A DNA stretch of 9,822 bases from a virus (Duplodnaviria; Heunggongvirae; Uroviricota; Caudoviricetes): the IMG/VR virus record IMGVR_UViG_3300011952_000030; one strand, written 5' to 3'. This document shows positions 1-7,565 of this stretch, piece by piece. The notes under the pieces were generated by a model, which saw only the letters and a list, made by a program, of their open reading frames with translations, did not search any database and was not told the DNA's origin. A program made the position numbers and the translations under genes. Each line of letters starts with the position of its first letter. The stretch's first letter is position 1.

Positions 1-303
1 ACTGGGGTTACACCAGGTAAGTATAGGTGGAAAATCAATATTCGCCAGTTCAACAATAAGGAAAATCTCATTGCATCACAACTATAAAACCATGTGTTTA
101 ACTCACAAAAAACAAATCATTAAACTAATCTGTTATATTATAATAGCTGCGTGCAATAATAATATTATATACTCTTAATATTCACTTGAAATATCTTCAT
201 ATAAAAACAGATTGAATAAAATCTTTTGGGGCTGGTATGTTTACCAACATTAAATTGCATCTCAATGTTTTCTTCAGCGTGAACAGGATTTTTATACAAA
301 CTG

Positions 304-324
304 ACACTATGGGTATCATAGTGT
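304..324. terminator. Hairpin (8-bp stem ACACTATG/CATAGTGT, 5-nt loop) followed by TTTTT on the plus strand and a moderately T-rich tract on the minus strand; possible bidirectional terminator 66 nt downstream of the 390..1349 gene
   Basis: Perfect inverted repeat read directly in sequence at 304-311 and 317-324; T-run at 327-331. No upstream plus-strand gene is visible in the window. Confidence 0.4.
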
Positions 325-389
325 AGTTTTTACGATTGTAAATATCCTGCATACAGGAACTCATCACTTTCAGATGATATCGCATACAG

Positions 390-1349
390 TTAATTCACCA
401 TCAGTCTTAGAGCCAGTTCTTCCGGATAGGGATCGAAGTAATTCTGTGTAAGCAAGTAATCATTAGGATACTCACCCAGATAATGCTTCAGCAGAGTCAA
501 CGGCGCAAGAAGAGGCAATGTGCCAAAGCGATAGTTAAGTATAACCTCGGTCAACTCTTTACGCTGGCGTGTACTTAAGTAATTACTAAAATACCCCTGT
601 ATATGCATCAGCACATTCGTGTGATTTTTACGTGATGCAGGTTTTCTGAGAATCGCCATCAGCTTATCACGATACACCTCAAAGTATGATTCAAGGTCCG
701 CCCACTCGTGTATTGCAGCCACAAATGGTCCCATATCTTTATAGCCTGCCTGACTATGCGCCAACAACTGAAGCTTATAACGACTATGAAAAGCTAATAA
801 CTCTCTTCTTGATAATTTCTCCTTGTAAAGGTGATTGAGCTCATGCAAAGCAAAAACTCTTTCAACAAAATTCTCACGAAGCACTGGATCATGTAATCGC
901 CCATCCTCTTCAACCGGTAGCCAGGAAAACTTTTCCATCAAAGTGCTCGTAAATAGTCCCACTCCATCTTTACGACCTCGATTACCATTTTCATCATAGA
1001 CACGCACGCGCTCCATGCCACAGCTGGGAGATTTAGCACAAACCACAAACCCCGATACATCCTTTAATTTGTGCATATAAGAACGACTAAACTCTGTCAT
1101 TCTCTCTGTCACATCCTCATTCTGGTCGTGGCTGAAACACATCCGTATATTTCCTTGCTTCGAGCGCACAAGACGTAGAGCAGGACGCGGAACTGGCAGC
1201 CCTATAGCCATTTCCGGACATACTGGTCTGAATGTTACCCATTCCACTAATTTGTCCATTAAAAAGTCAGCTCTTTTGTGACCACCATCAAAACGAACAG
1301 CAGAACCGGCCAAACAACCGCTGATTCCAATCACAGGTTTTTTTATCAT
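390..1349 (-). CDS. DUF523 (TudS-like, Cys-rich N-terminal half) fused to DUF1722 (YbgA-like C-terminal half), 319 aa
   Basis: ORF with ATG at 1349..1347 preceded by GGGGGAGGA Shine-Dalgarno. Cys motifs (GISGCLAG, VCPEMA, CAKSPSCGME) fit DUF523; the C-terminal half resembles YbgA. Family assignment is from memory, not a search. Confidence 0.75.
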   Translation of the reverse strand: MIKKPVIGISGCLAGSAVRFDGGHKRADFLMDKLVEWVTFRPVCPEMAIGLPVPRPALRLVRSKQGNIRMCFSHDQNEDVTERMTEFSRSYMHKLKDVSGFVVCAKSPSCGMERVRVYDENGNRGRKDGVGLFTSTLMEKFSWLPVEEDGRLHDPVLRENFVERVFALHELNHLYKEKLSRRELLAFHSRYKLQLLAHSQAGYKDMGPFVAAIHEWADLESYFEVYRDKLMAILRKPASRKNHTNVLMHIQGYFSNYLSTRQRKELTEVILNYRFGTLPLLAPLTLLKHYLGEYPNDYLLTQNYFDPYPEELALRLMVN

Positions 1350-1541
1350 ATCCTCCCCCTTGACTAATTCATTAACACATAAACTGTGTAGTGCACGGAA
1401 TAAATTGCCTTTCTGACGTCATCACTGACAATTTTTCTGTTATGGACTATTCCTAATATAGTATGAAAGTTCTTTAAGTGATCGGTCGTAATCATCTATC
1501 TTTCATACTTACTCTCAACTATCAAAAGTACAGGATTGATT
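1350..1541. promoter_or_regulatory. Divergent intergenic region between the YbgA-like gene and blc, with a 10-bp inverted repeat AGTATGAAAG (1461-1470) / CTTTCATACT (1500-1509) and a TGACGTCA palindrome (1426-1433)
   Basis: Repeats read directly in sequence; promoter function is inferred from position between divergent starts. Confidence 0.3.
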
Positions 1542-2066
1542 ATGAAGTTATGGCCTGTGTTGACTGGCATTGCACTCTCTTTCACTCTTATAGCATGTAA
1601 GGCCCCGACACCACCTAAAGGTGTGCAGCCGATTACAAATTTTGACGCCAACCGCTACCTCGGAAAATGGTATGAAATAGCTCGCCTCGAGAACCGGTTC
1701 GAACGTGGTCTGGAACAGGTCAGCGCTACTTATGGAAAACGGAACGACGGAGGGATTCGTGTACTTAACCGTGGATACGATCCAACGAAAAATAAATGGA
1801 GCGAGAGCGAAGGTAAAGCATACTTTACTGGAGATACTAAAACTGCAGCGTTGAAGGTTTCGTTTTTTGGCCCCTTCTATGGTGGCTATAATGTAATCAA
1901 ACTGGATGATGAGTATAAGTATGCTCTTGTTAGTGGTTCGAACAGAGAATACCTATGGATTCTGGCAAGGACCCCAACTATTCCAGATAAAGTAAAAGCA
2001 GACTATGTGCGAACCGCTCAAAAGTTGGGATTCAATGTCAATGAATTATTATGGGTTAAACAATAA
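1542..2066 (+). CDS. blc: Blc-family outer-membrane lipocalin lipoprotein (174 aa from ATG 1542; ORF track starts at TTG 1536)
   Basis: Signal peptide with lipobox L-I-A-C, then lipocalin motifs (NFDANRYLGKWYEIARL, FERGLE, KVSFFGPFYGGYNVI, YLWILARTP) closely parallel to E. coli Blc as recalled. AGGA lies 6 nt before ATG 1542. Divergent enough from chromosomal Blc to be a paralog. Confidence 0.8.
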   Translation: MKLWPVLTGIALSFTLIACKAPTPPKGVQPITNFDANRYLGKWYEIARLENRFERGLEQVSATYGKRNDGGIRVLNRGYDPTKNKWSESEGKAYFTGDTKTAALKVSFFGPFYGGYNVIKLDDEYKYALVSGSNREYLWILARTPTIPDKVKADYVRTAQKLGFNVNELLWVKQ

Positions 2067-2094
2067 AATCCCTACCCGAAATGATACTTATTAG

Positions 2095-2121
2095 AAAAAA
2101 ACCAGCCTTTGGGGAGGCTGG
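2095..2121 (-). terminator. Intrinsic terminator on the minus strand: 7-bp GC-rich stem (2102-2108 / 2115-2121), 6-nt loop, then a 7-U tract (plus-strand A-run 2095-2101); candidate tR' downstream of Q
   Basis: Stem pairs checked base by base; the U-tract only exists on the minus strand. Lies about 100 nt downstream of the Q stop (2222). Confidence 0.55.
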
Positions 2122-2221
2122 CTAAATCAGGAAACAAGCTGTTATATGATAATAACTACGTTGCGATTCCAACATTTAAAATGTTAGACTAATGACAATC
2201 AGACAGCAACTTTTCCTTTAA

Positions 2222-2599
2222 TTATTTCGAACAATCAGCATCCATCTCCAATCGGAGATCCAATACCATCAGCATGCCCTCCACTACGCCCTCAGCTTTC
2301 TGGAGCATCCTGCCAACCCAACAATCAGATCGCCCATGCTTACGTGCAAGCGCCATAAAAGTCATGCCGCCGACATAATAGTCCACCAATAAACCATGTA
2401 AATCGCTGTTGTTTTTTCTCAGGCGAGCCATACATTCACAAATGATCATCGCGTCATCGTCACAACATTGCGGGCGAGATTTTACTTTTGAAGGAATTAA
2501 TCCCTTAAAACCAGCGGCAATGGACGACCAGGTCACATCTTCATGATTATTAGCCGCCCATGCCCCCCAACGCTCAAGAACCATCTGAATATCACGCAT
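2222..2599 (-). CDS. quuD: Phage antitermination protein Q (QuuD / phage-82-type), 125 aa from ATG 2599 (ORF track starts at TTG 2614)
   Basis: [34 protein letters not shown]... and the Cys-rich zinc-binding region ([18 protein letters not shown]) match E. coli DLP12 QuuD as I recall it. GGAG lies upstream of ATG 2599. Confidence 0.85.
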   Translation of the reverse strand: MRDIQMVLERWGAWAANNHEDVTWSSIAAGFKGLIPSKVKSRPQCCDDDAMIICECMARLRKNNSDLHGLLVDYYVGGMTFMALARKHGRSDCWVGRMLQKAEGVVEGMLMVLDLRLEMDADCSK

Positions 2600-2616
2600 C
2601 AACTTACTCCACAAAA

Positions 2617-3603
2617 TTAGGCCAGCACACCAATTGCCAGCGCGCGATCGATAAATCGAAAAATCAGCTCCAGTTGGGAGCCATACTTCTCTTCAAATGC
2701 CACGGTATCCGTATGCAACTCGTCGTGATGCTTTCTGCACAAAGGCAACACAAAGAGATCATGTGCTTTGGTTCCCATTCCGCCCTGCCCGTGACCAATC
2801 AGATGATGCGGATCGTCGGCTGGCATCCCGCAGCAAGCACACGGCTGTGTCTTAACCCAGCGTGTGTATTTCTCCTTAACCCAACGGTGACGTTTAGGCA
2901 GCTTCATGAAAGATTCCGGAGACTCTGGATCAACGGTGATGCTTACCACCGTCTTTTCCTGTGATGGGTTTTGTTGCTGGTGGGCGTGAGGCAACGGTGC
3001 AAGATTTTTTGTGCGCTGTTTCAATATGCTGGTGGCGGTCTGCTCTCCCGGTACGATGTCGCTTTCGCGGTACACCGAGCAGATTTTTTCCGCTGGTAAT
3101 CCCAGCGAGCGACGTAATACCGCTTCCGGTAGCGCGTCCGCCAGCTGATTGCGGACCGCCCACCAGGATAATTCAGCCAGAGATAATTCACGCTCCTTCG
3201 TACCGCTTATTGCGTGACCGATGACGTCAATCATCCATGCTGCCAGGTTTTGATGAGCAAGTTGCTCGAGTGATTCGGATGTCTGGTCACGCAGTTGGTT
3301 GTCGCAGTGCCAGCACAACACCATTGCGCCGGTACCATATCGGTGAATAACGGTTTCNNNNNNNNNNNNNNNNNNNNNNNNNNNNNNNNNNNNNNNNNNN
3401 NNNNNNNNNNNNNNNNNNNNNNNNNNNNNNNNNNNNNNNNNNNNNNNNNNNNNNNNNNNNNNNNNNNGCAGATTACGCATGCTTTTCGGTTCCGGCTCCA
3501 CCAGTACCCGGGTATTGTGGAATACCGGCATGGATTCACGGCCCGGCTTAACGACCACCAGCCCGAGTTCCGGTACCAGAACAGGTCGAAGTAATACCCG
3601 CAC
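2617..3603 (-). CDS. Nin-region protein with C-terminal HNH-like zinc-finger motif (DUF968 / YdfU-like); reading frame passes through a 110-nt N-run so the product is incomplete
   Basis: C-terminus [18 protein letters not shown]...[10 protein letters not shown] has the CxxC...HH...CxxHH spacing typical of HNH/DUF968 proteins found just upstream of Q in Qin-type prophages. ATG 3603 sits 1 nt after the upstream gene stop. Residues within 3358-3467 are unknown. Confidence 0.55.
   Translation of the reverse strand: MRVLLRPVLVPELGLVVVKPGRESMPVFHNTRVLVEPEPKSMRNLXXXXXXXXXXXXXXXXXXXXXXXXXXXXXXXXXXXXXETVIHRYGTGAMVLCWHCDNQLRDQTSESLEQLAHQNLAAWMIDVIGHAISGTKERELSLAELSWWAVRNQLADALPEAVLRRSLGLPAEKICSVYRESDIVPGEQTATSILKQRTKNLAPLPHAHQQQNPSQEKTVVSITVDPESPESFMKLPKRHRWVKEKYTRWVKTQPCACCGMPADDPHHLIGHGQGGMGTKAHDLFVLPLCRKHHDELHTDTVAFEEKYGSQLELIFRFIDRALAIGVLA
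3358..3467. other. Run of 110 N (masked or unresolved sequence) inside the DUF968-like gene
   Basis: Directly visible. The flanking reading frame is conserved across it. Confidence 0.95.
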
Positions 3604-3604
3604 G

Positions 3605-3883
3605 TTACCTCCAGATGCGTTGCTGGAATGTACGGGACGGACGCGGTGGGCGTTCGGAGTAAGGCAATCTGACTGAGATTATCCAGTGACGGTAGTCGAG
3701 ACTAAGGGCTTTCTTAACCTCGTATCCGCGCCTGCGGTAACACTGAATTATCCATTCAGCCTGCTCTTCAGTGCATGGAGGGTGCTGGAACCATTCAGAC
3801 TTGAATGCGTGAGAATACCGCTCGTGCGTGCAGGCAAGAACGGGCGAATTATCAGAATTGTAATATTTTACGTTGCGTGCCAT
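3605..3883 (-). CDS. Hypothetical small phage protein, 92 aa, Cys-containing
   Basis: ATG 3883 preceded by GGAG; the stop abuts the start of the downstream gene. No family recognised. Confidence 0.5.
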   Translation of the reverse strand: MARNVKYYNSDNSPVLACTHERYSHAFKSEWFQHPPCTEEQAEWIIQCYRRRGYEVKKALSLDYRHWIISVRLPYSERPPRPSRTFQQRIWR

Positions 3884-3949
3884 CGGTTTTCTCCGGTGGC
3901 ACGGTGTTACTCAGCGGGAGTTCAGCCCCGCGCAAGATTGTAGATGAGT

Positions 3950-4201
3950 TTATTCTTCTGCAAAAGCTGAAAAGCCTGCTTTTATTCCGATCTCTTTCAG
4001 TGCCTGTAATGAAGTGACAAACTCACCTTCGCGCAAGATAAATCCGTCTGTCACTCGACCATCCACAAAATTAATTAACGCAGCCCCATTCTTTCGCAAA
4101 CACATAATGCGGTAATGACTAACAAGATTTCCATTTTCAACGCACACAGCATAGAGGCCATCTTCACAAAAAATTTTACGCAGTTCTTCGATGTTCATCA
4201 T
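3950..4201 (-). CDS. Hypothetical small phage protein, 83 aa (occupies the position of rem in Qin-type prophages)
   Basis: ATG-ATG start at 4201; family not recognised. The rem comparison is positional only. Confidence 0.5.
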   Translation of the reverse strand: MMNIEELRKIFCEDGLYAVCVENGNLVSHYRIMCLRKNGAALINFVDGRVTDGFILREGEFVTSLQALKEIGIKAGFSAFAEE

Positions 4202-4317
4202 CAGAATCCTTCCGGATAATTAGCTCTCCCCTTTAAGGGACCATCCCTCTTATCCCTGCGCGCTACTTAAGTATTTTTGATTCTATTCCGGCACCGTCCA
4301 GAACTTCAAACGCGTTG

Positions 4318-4347
4318 AAAATAAAAACAAAAACACGCCGAAGCGGG
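4318..4347 (-). terminator. Weak GC hairpin with UUCG-type tetraloop (4334-4347) followed on the minus strand by a U-rich tract (plus A-rich 4318-4333); candidate hokD transcript terminator
   Basis: Stem has 4 G-C pairs and one mismatch; the U-tract is good. Position is about 70 nt downstream of the hokD stop. Confidence 0.35.
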
Positions 4348-4417
4348 TTAAGTGCGGGTGCGTTGAGGATGCCTGTCACATCAGAGGTGGCGAGGGATTT
4401 CTCCCTCGCCGGGTCTC

Positions 4418-4573
4418 TTACTCCTCAGGTTCGTAAGCTGTGAAGACAGCGACCTCCGTCTGGCCGGTTCGGATTCGTACCTCGCAGAGGTCTTTCCTCG
4501 TTACCAGTGCCGTCACTATGACGGTTAAACAGATGACGATCAGGGCGATTAACATCGCCTTTTGCTGCTTCAT
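4418..4573 (-). CDS. hokD: Hok/Gef-family type I toxin (HokD/RelF-like), 51 aa from ATG 4573; the ORF track's longer 70-aa form is an in-frame upstream extension
   Basis: MKQQKAMLIALIVICLTVIVTALVTRKDLCEVRIRTGQTEVAVFTAYEPEE matches E. coli K-12 HokD as I recall it: single TM helix plus conserved Cys and C-terminal periplasmic tail. A perfect 9-bp stem-loop (4389-4410) lies just 3' of the stop. Confidence 0.85.
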   Translation of the reverse strand: MKQQKAMLIALIVICLTVIVTALVTRKDLCEVRIRTGQTEVAVFTAYEPEE

Positions 4574-4951
4574 AGCCTGCTTCTCCTTGCCTTTCGGCAC
4601 GTAAGAGGCTAACCTACATGTGTCTAGCATGAAATTGGCCTCAGATTAATGTTAAGCGTCTTGCAGGACGCGTAATGTTAACTGGGGCTTTTCTCTATCT
4701 GCCGTTGGTGTTCATGCCCGAGGCAGATAGCCTCAAGCACCCGCAGGCATTCTACTTAACTCCCGTTATCTCGCCAATATGAAATCAGTCAGAAAGGCGA
4801 TCCATAAGAATAACAGAACAATAAATTACCCGCACCACCGCAATAGTCAGCGAACATTTAAGAACCAACATGACAGCCTCCCACATTTAAAGTACGTATG
4901 TTCTAATAAATATAAATGGCATGATTCTGCGAAATACTTACATAAGCAATT

Positions 4952-4980
4952 CGCTCAAATCTGACTGTCAGTTTTGAGCG
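4952..4980 (-). terminator. Near-perfect 29-nt palindrome (CGCTCAAA t CTGAC t GTCAG t TTTGAGCG) about 40 nt downstream of the ATPase gene stop; candidate operon terminator or protein-binding site
   Basis: Read directly in sequence. Flanked by an A-rich tract on the plus side and a moderately U-rich tract on the minus side. Sits at the left edge of the AT-rich island. Confidence 0.4.
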
Positions 4981-5018
4981 AGAAAAATGATATCTACATA
5001 TCTATCAAATTACAAATC

Positions 5019-6743
5019 TTAAAGCCTAAAAAACTTATCGTCCTCCCCAAGCTCAAGCACAACACTATTATTGATGAAGTCTTGATCAATATTCTCCAAC
5101 TTGTCTTTAAGAATAGCCAATATATATTGACCATTAATCCCCGAAGCTATCTCGAATAACTTATTTATTTGATTTACATGAATTGCCTCAATTCCATCAT
5201 GAGCTATAAAACGTGGTGTTCTGGCTTCTAAAGACTCCTGGACAGATAAATAGGCAAAATCTAAAGAGGCAACCTGGGCTTTCTTTTTTCCTTCTCCCTG
5301 ATTACCTGATGTGAGCAAAGTTCCTAAAGGTTCAATGGTAAAAACGAAAGAACCGGAGGAATCTTTATAGGAAAGAATATATTCATCCTGATATAATTTT
5401 TTAGTATATAAAGAAAAATAGGAATTGAATAGCGCAAGACGTTTGTTAAAATCGTCAAGTTTAGATTTTAATCTATCTGACACATCATTAAACTTTGCTT
5501 TCAGTATATTAAAGTTGTTCTCCATCTCTTGGATTTGAAGTAGTCCAGCTTCAAGCCCACCTTTTTCTTCAAATAATGAATTTAATTTTTTTTGCATTAT
5601 TTGCAGGTCTGCCAATGTCCCATGCGAAGACAAACTCTTTAAAAGCTCTGATTCTTGAGTCAATAAGTTATTTAGTTCATCTTTATATTTGGAAATTTCT
5701 TGCAGCACTGGCTGCATTTGTTTTCTAATAAACTCAGCTTTTTTTACAAGCATTTTATTATGAAACGAAAGTAGCTCAGTAAACTCTTTGTTTAAGTTAC
5801 CTAACCGATCAGTTGCTTCTAAGTACAACTTCTGTAGATCTAGTGTATTTATATTTTCATGACTTTTTTCCAGATCTAGTATAGCCTTATCGTTTAATTT
5901 TTGCTTAAACTCCAAAGATGATAGTGTGATAGAAACTTCACTAATTTTAATTTTTAACTCATTTAACTCAGCAAGCATATCATTATAAGAGTCTGCCACT
6001 TGAAAATTAGAAATTAACTCTTCTTGTGCTATAATATCTCTATTTATAATTGCAATAGCTTGTTCCAAAGCATTCTTTGAGCGATGGCGAGTAATTACTT
6101 CATAATCGGATTTCGCCAGTTTATAGGCTTTAGTCACTGACTGTTTTTCATCCAGAATCTGTGAGTTACCGAACCCAAACATAAACAGATTTAACGTTTC
6201 ATATTGTGTATTAGAACCCATTTTTATCGTTTTTAATGCGTTCGACATCTTGTCATGCGTATTTCGAATAACACGTCCCATAATCTCTCGTATGGTCGGT
6301 TTTATCGCGGAATCAAGATATAATGTTCTTTTTAAAGCCTCGTTGAAATCTTTAGCCTTCGTATAGGACTCTTCATTTATTGAGGCTATAACCTTCGTTT
6401 TATTAGTCTCAGATGTAATTTTACGCTTAATTTTTATTACTGGTGCAGTTTTATTATTCAAATCTTTTGTGAGAATTAAACAAAACTCAATCTCGTTCTC
6501 TATCAAATAATTTTTTATAACCGAATTTTCTTTCTTGAATTCAGGATCGGTATAAAAATTCAGTTGTTCTGCTCCAAAACAAAAATCTAAAGCTCTTAAT
6601 ACAGTAGTTTTTCCCACACCATTTCCAGTTTGCTCTTTGCTGGAGGTGTTTCGGTCAATAATCAAATTAACGCCAATGTGAAATTCGATATCACGAATCA
6701 CTCCAAGCCTGAAAGAACTGACTATTAGCCGTTTCAAAAACAT
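5019..6743 (-). CDS. P-loop ABC/SMC-like ATPase with long central coiled coil, 574 aa; last gene of the AT-rich operon
   Basis: N-terminal head typical of SMC/RecF/OLD-type ABC ATPases, with Walker A GNGVGKTT (aa 40-47, nt 6603-6626). Lys/Glu/Leu-rich heptad region at about aa 230-470. Degenerate signature-like TSGNQGEG (aa 479-485) and Walker-B-like FIAHD (aa 512-516, nt 5196-5210). ATG 6743 overlaps the upstream gene by 10 nt. Confidence 0.8.
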   Translation of the reverse strand: MFLKRLIVSSFRLGVIRDIEFHIGVNLIIDRNTSSKEQTGNGVGKTTVLRALDFCFGAEQLNFYTDPEFKKENSVIKNYLIENEIEFCLILTKDLNNKTAPVIKIKRKITSETNKTKVIASINEESYTKAKDFNEALKRTLYLDSAIKPTIREIMGRVIRNTHDKMSNALKTIKMGSNTQYETLNLFMFGFGNSQILDEKQSVTKAYKLAKSDYEVITRHRSKNALEQAIAIINRDIIAQEELISNFQVADSYNDMLAELNELKIKISEVSITLSSLEFKQKLNDKAILDLEKSHENINTLDLQKLYLEATDRLGNLNKEFTELLSFHNKMLVKKAEFIRKQMQPVLQEISKYKDELNNLLTQESELLKSLSSHGTLADLQIMQKKLNSLFEEKGGLEAGLLQIQEMENNFNILKAKFNDVSDRLKSKLDDFNKRLALFNSYFSLYTKKLYQDEYILSYKDSSGSFVFTIEPLGTLLTSGNQGEGKKKAQVASLDFAYLSVQESLEARTPRFIAHDGIEAIHVNQINKLFEIASGINGQYILAILKDKLENIDQDFINNSVVLELGEDDKFFRL

Positions 6744-6970
6744 AATATCAAATCTCCATTTTCGTTAGCATCAACCAGGCCTAATAAATATAGCCAATTT
6801 AAAGTGTAAATATATTGCGTGAATGAAGAGTTGTTATTTTTAGATTTGAATTCATTATACAAGTCTATAATATCAACATACGAATAAGCATTTGAACTCA
6901 TGCATTCTAATAACCGAGCTCCCAGGTAATACAAGGTTTGGCTTGGTTTTGTTACATCAGAGATAATCAT
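6734..6970 (-). CDS. Small 78-aa protein, third gene of the AT-rich operon; possible adaptor or winged-helix-like component
   Basis: ATG 6970 overlaps the upstream stop in an ATGA arrangement; its own stop overlaps the ATPase start. Codon usage matches the neighbours. No motif recognised. Confidence 0.6.
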   Translation of the reverse strand: MIISDVTKPSQTLYYLGARLLECMSSNAYSYVDIIDLYNEFKSKNNNSSFTQYIYTLNWLYLLGLVDANENGDLILCF

Positions 6971-7563
6971 ATTGGTTTTTCCAGAATCTTACACTCTACG
7001 AATGCATGATAAACGATAAAAGAAGCATGGCATTCGATTTCTTCGCTTGTGTAATTCATTGCCATAAGAGAATTTAAGCATTTCTTAATGATGTGCTCTA
7101 TTACACTGTCTATTATCCAATCTGCAAACTCTCTTACCAATTGAATCTTTAAATTATTCCGTTCCTGAGCATCCTTGCAGCTCTTATACGCTTCTCTATG
7201 TTTAAGCAATAAATCTCCTTGACAATCAAGATATCGTGAATTGATGCTTTTCAGTGCCGTTTCCTTAGCAGTAGGCATACTTTCATTTAATGTTTCATAC
7301 GCTTTATCTATCATCGAAGAATATAGATAGAACCCTTCAATACGTTCTCTATGTTTTATAACATCATTGAAGTCTATTTTATTCTCAATATCATATGGCT
7401 CGTAGTCATTGTTTGTACGAGGATCAATAACATTCGAATCAACTAAAATACCAACAAGATCCATAAAAATCGATGGAGACTTTATAATATCAACAGAGTT
7501 AGAATCGACAACCACCTGCACATTACGTGAGTAATTCCCTGACCTTTGAGTAACACCAACCAT
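6967..7563 (-). CDS. 198-aa soluble protein of unknown function, second gene of the AT-rich operon
   Basis: ATG 7563 lies 2 nt after the upstream TGA; its stop overlaps the next ATG. Acidic, with five Cys but no recognisable nuclease or protease motif. Confidence 0.65.
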   Translation of the reverse strand: MVGVTQRSGNYSRNVQVVVDSNSVDIIKSPSIFMDLVGILVDSNVIDPRTNNDYEPYDIENKIDFNDVIKHRERIEGFYLYSSMIDKAYETLNESMPTAKETALKSINSRYLDCQGDLLLKHREAYKSCKDAQERNNLKIQLVREFADWIIDSVIEHIIKKCLNSLMAMNYTSEEIECHASFIVYHAFVECKILEKPI

Positions 7564-7565
7564 GA

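Noticed and set aside
197-385. 62-aa minus-strand ORF in the leftmost AT-rich region
   Set aside because: Spans the hairpin terminator and AT-rich noncoding DNA, with no ribosome-binding site and an implausible composition.
2067-2221. tRNA genes between Q and the late region, as seen in some lambdoid and Stx phages
   Set aside because: The interval is only about 150 nt and shows no cloverleaf-compatible acceptor or anticodon stem pattern; it is better explained as promoter plus terminator.
2930-3539. Minus-strand ORFs 2930..3163 and 3231..3539 in alternative frames
   Set aside because: Fully nested within the longer DUF968-like ORF, with low-complexity Arg/Gly-rich translations typical of off-frame reads of GC-rich coding DNA.
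2560-4017. Plus-strand ORFs 2560..2964, 2961..3224, 3295..3594, 3479..3676, 3686..3943 and 3805..4017
   Set aside because: They lie antisense to better-supported minus-strand genes (Q, DUF968-like, the 92-aa and 83-aa genes), have no recognisable products or ribosome-binding sites, and some run through the N-mask.
4574-4630. In-frame N-terminal extension of hokD (70-aa form) as a Mok-like reading frame
   Set aside because: Hok toxins are about 50 aa and the 51-aa form from ATG 4573 matches HokD. Mok normally overlaps hok in a different frame, so the extension is more likely untranslated leader.
4574-5018. Remnant of relE/relB upstream of hokD
   Set aside because: Hand translation of the minus strand in all three frames gives only short stop-interrupted peptides with no resemblance to RelE's C-terminus as I recall it.
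4779-5159. Plus-strand ORFs 4779..4964 and 4974..5159
   Set aside because: Low-complexity translations with no ribosome-binding site. They overlap the palindromic terminator and the 3' end of the ATPase gene on the opposite strand.
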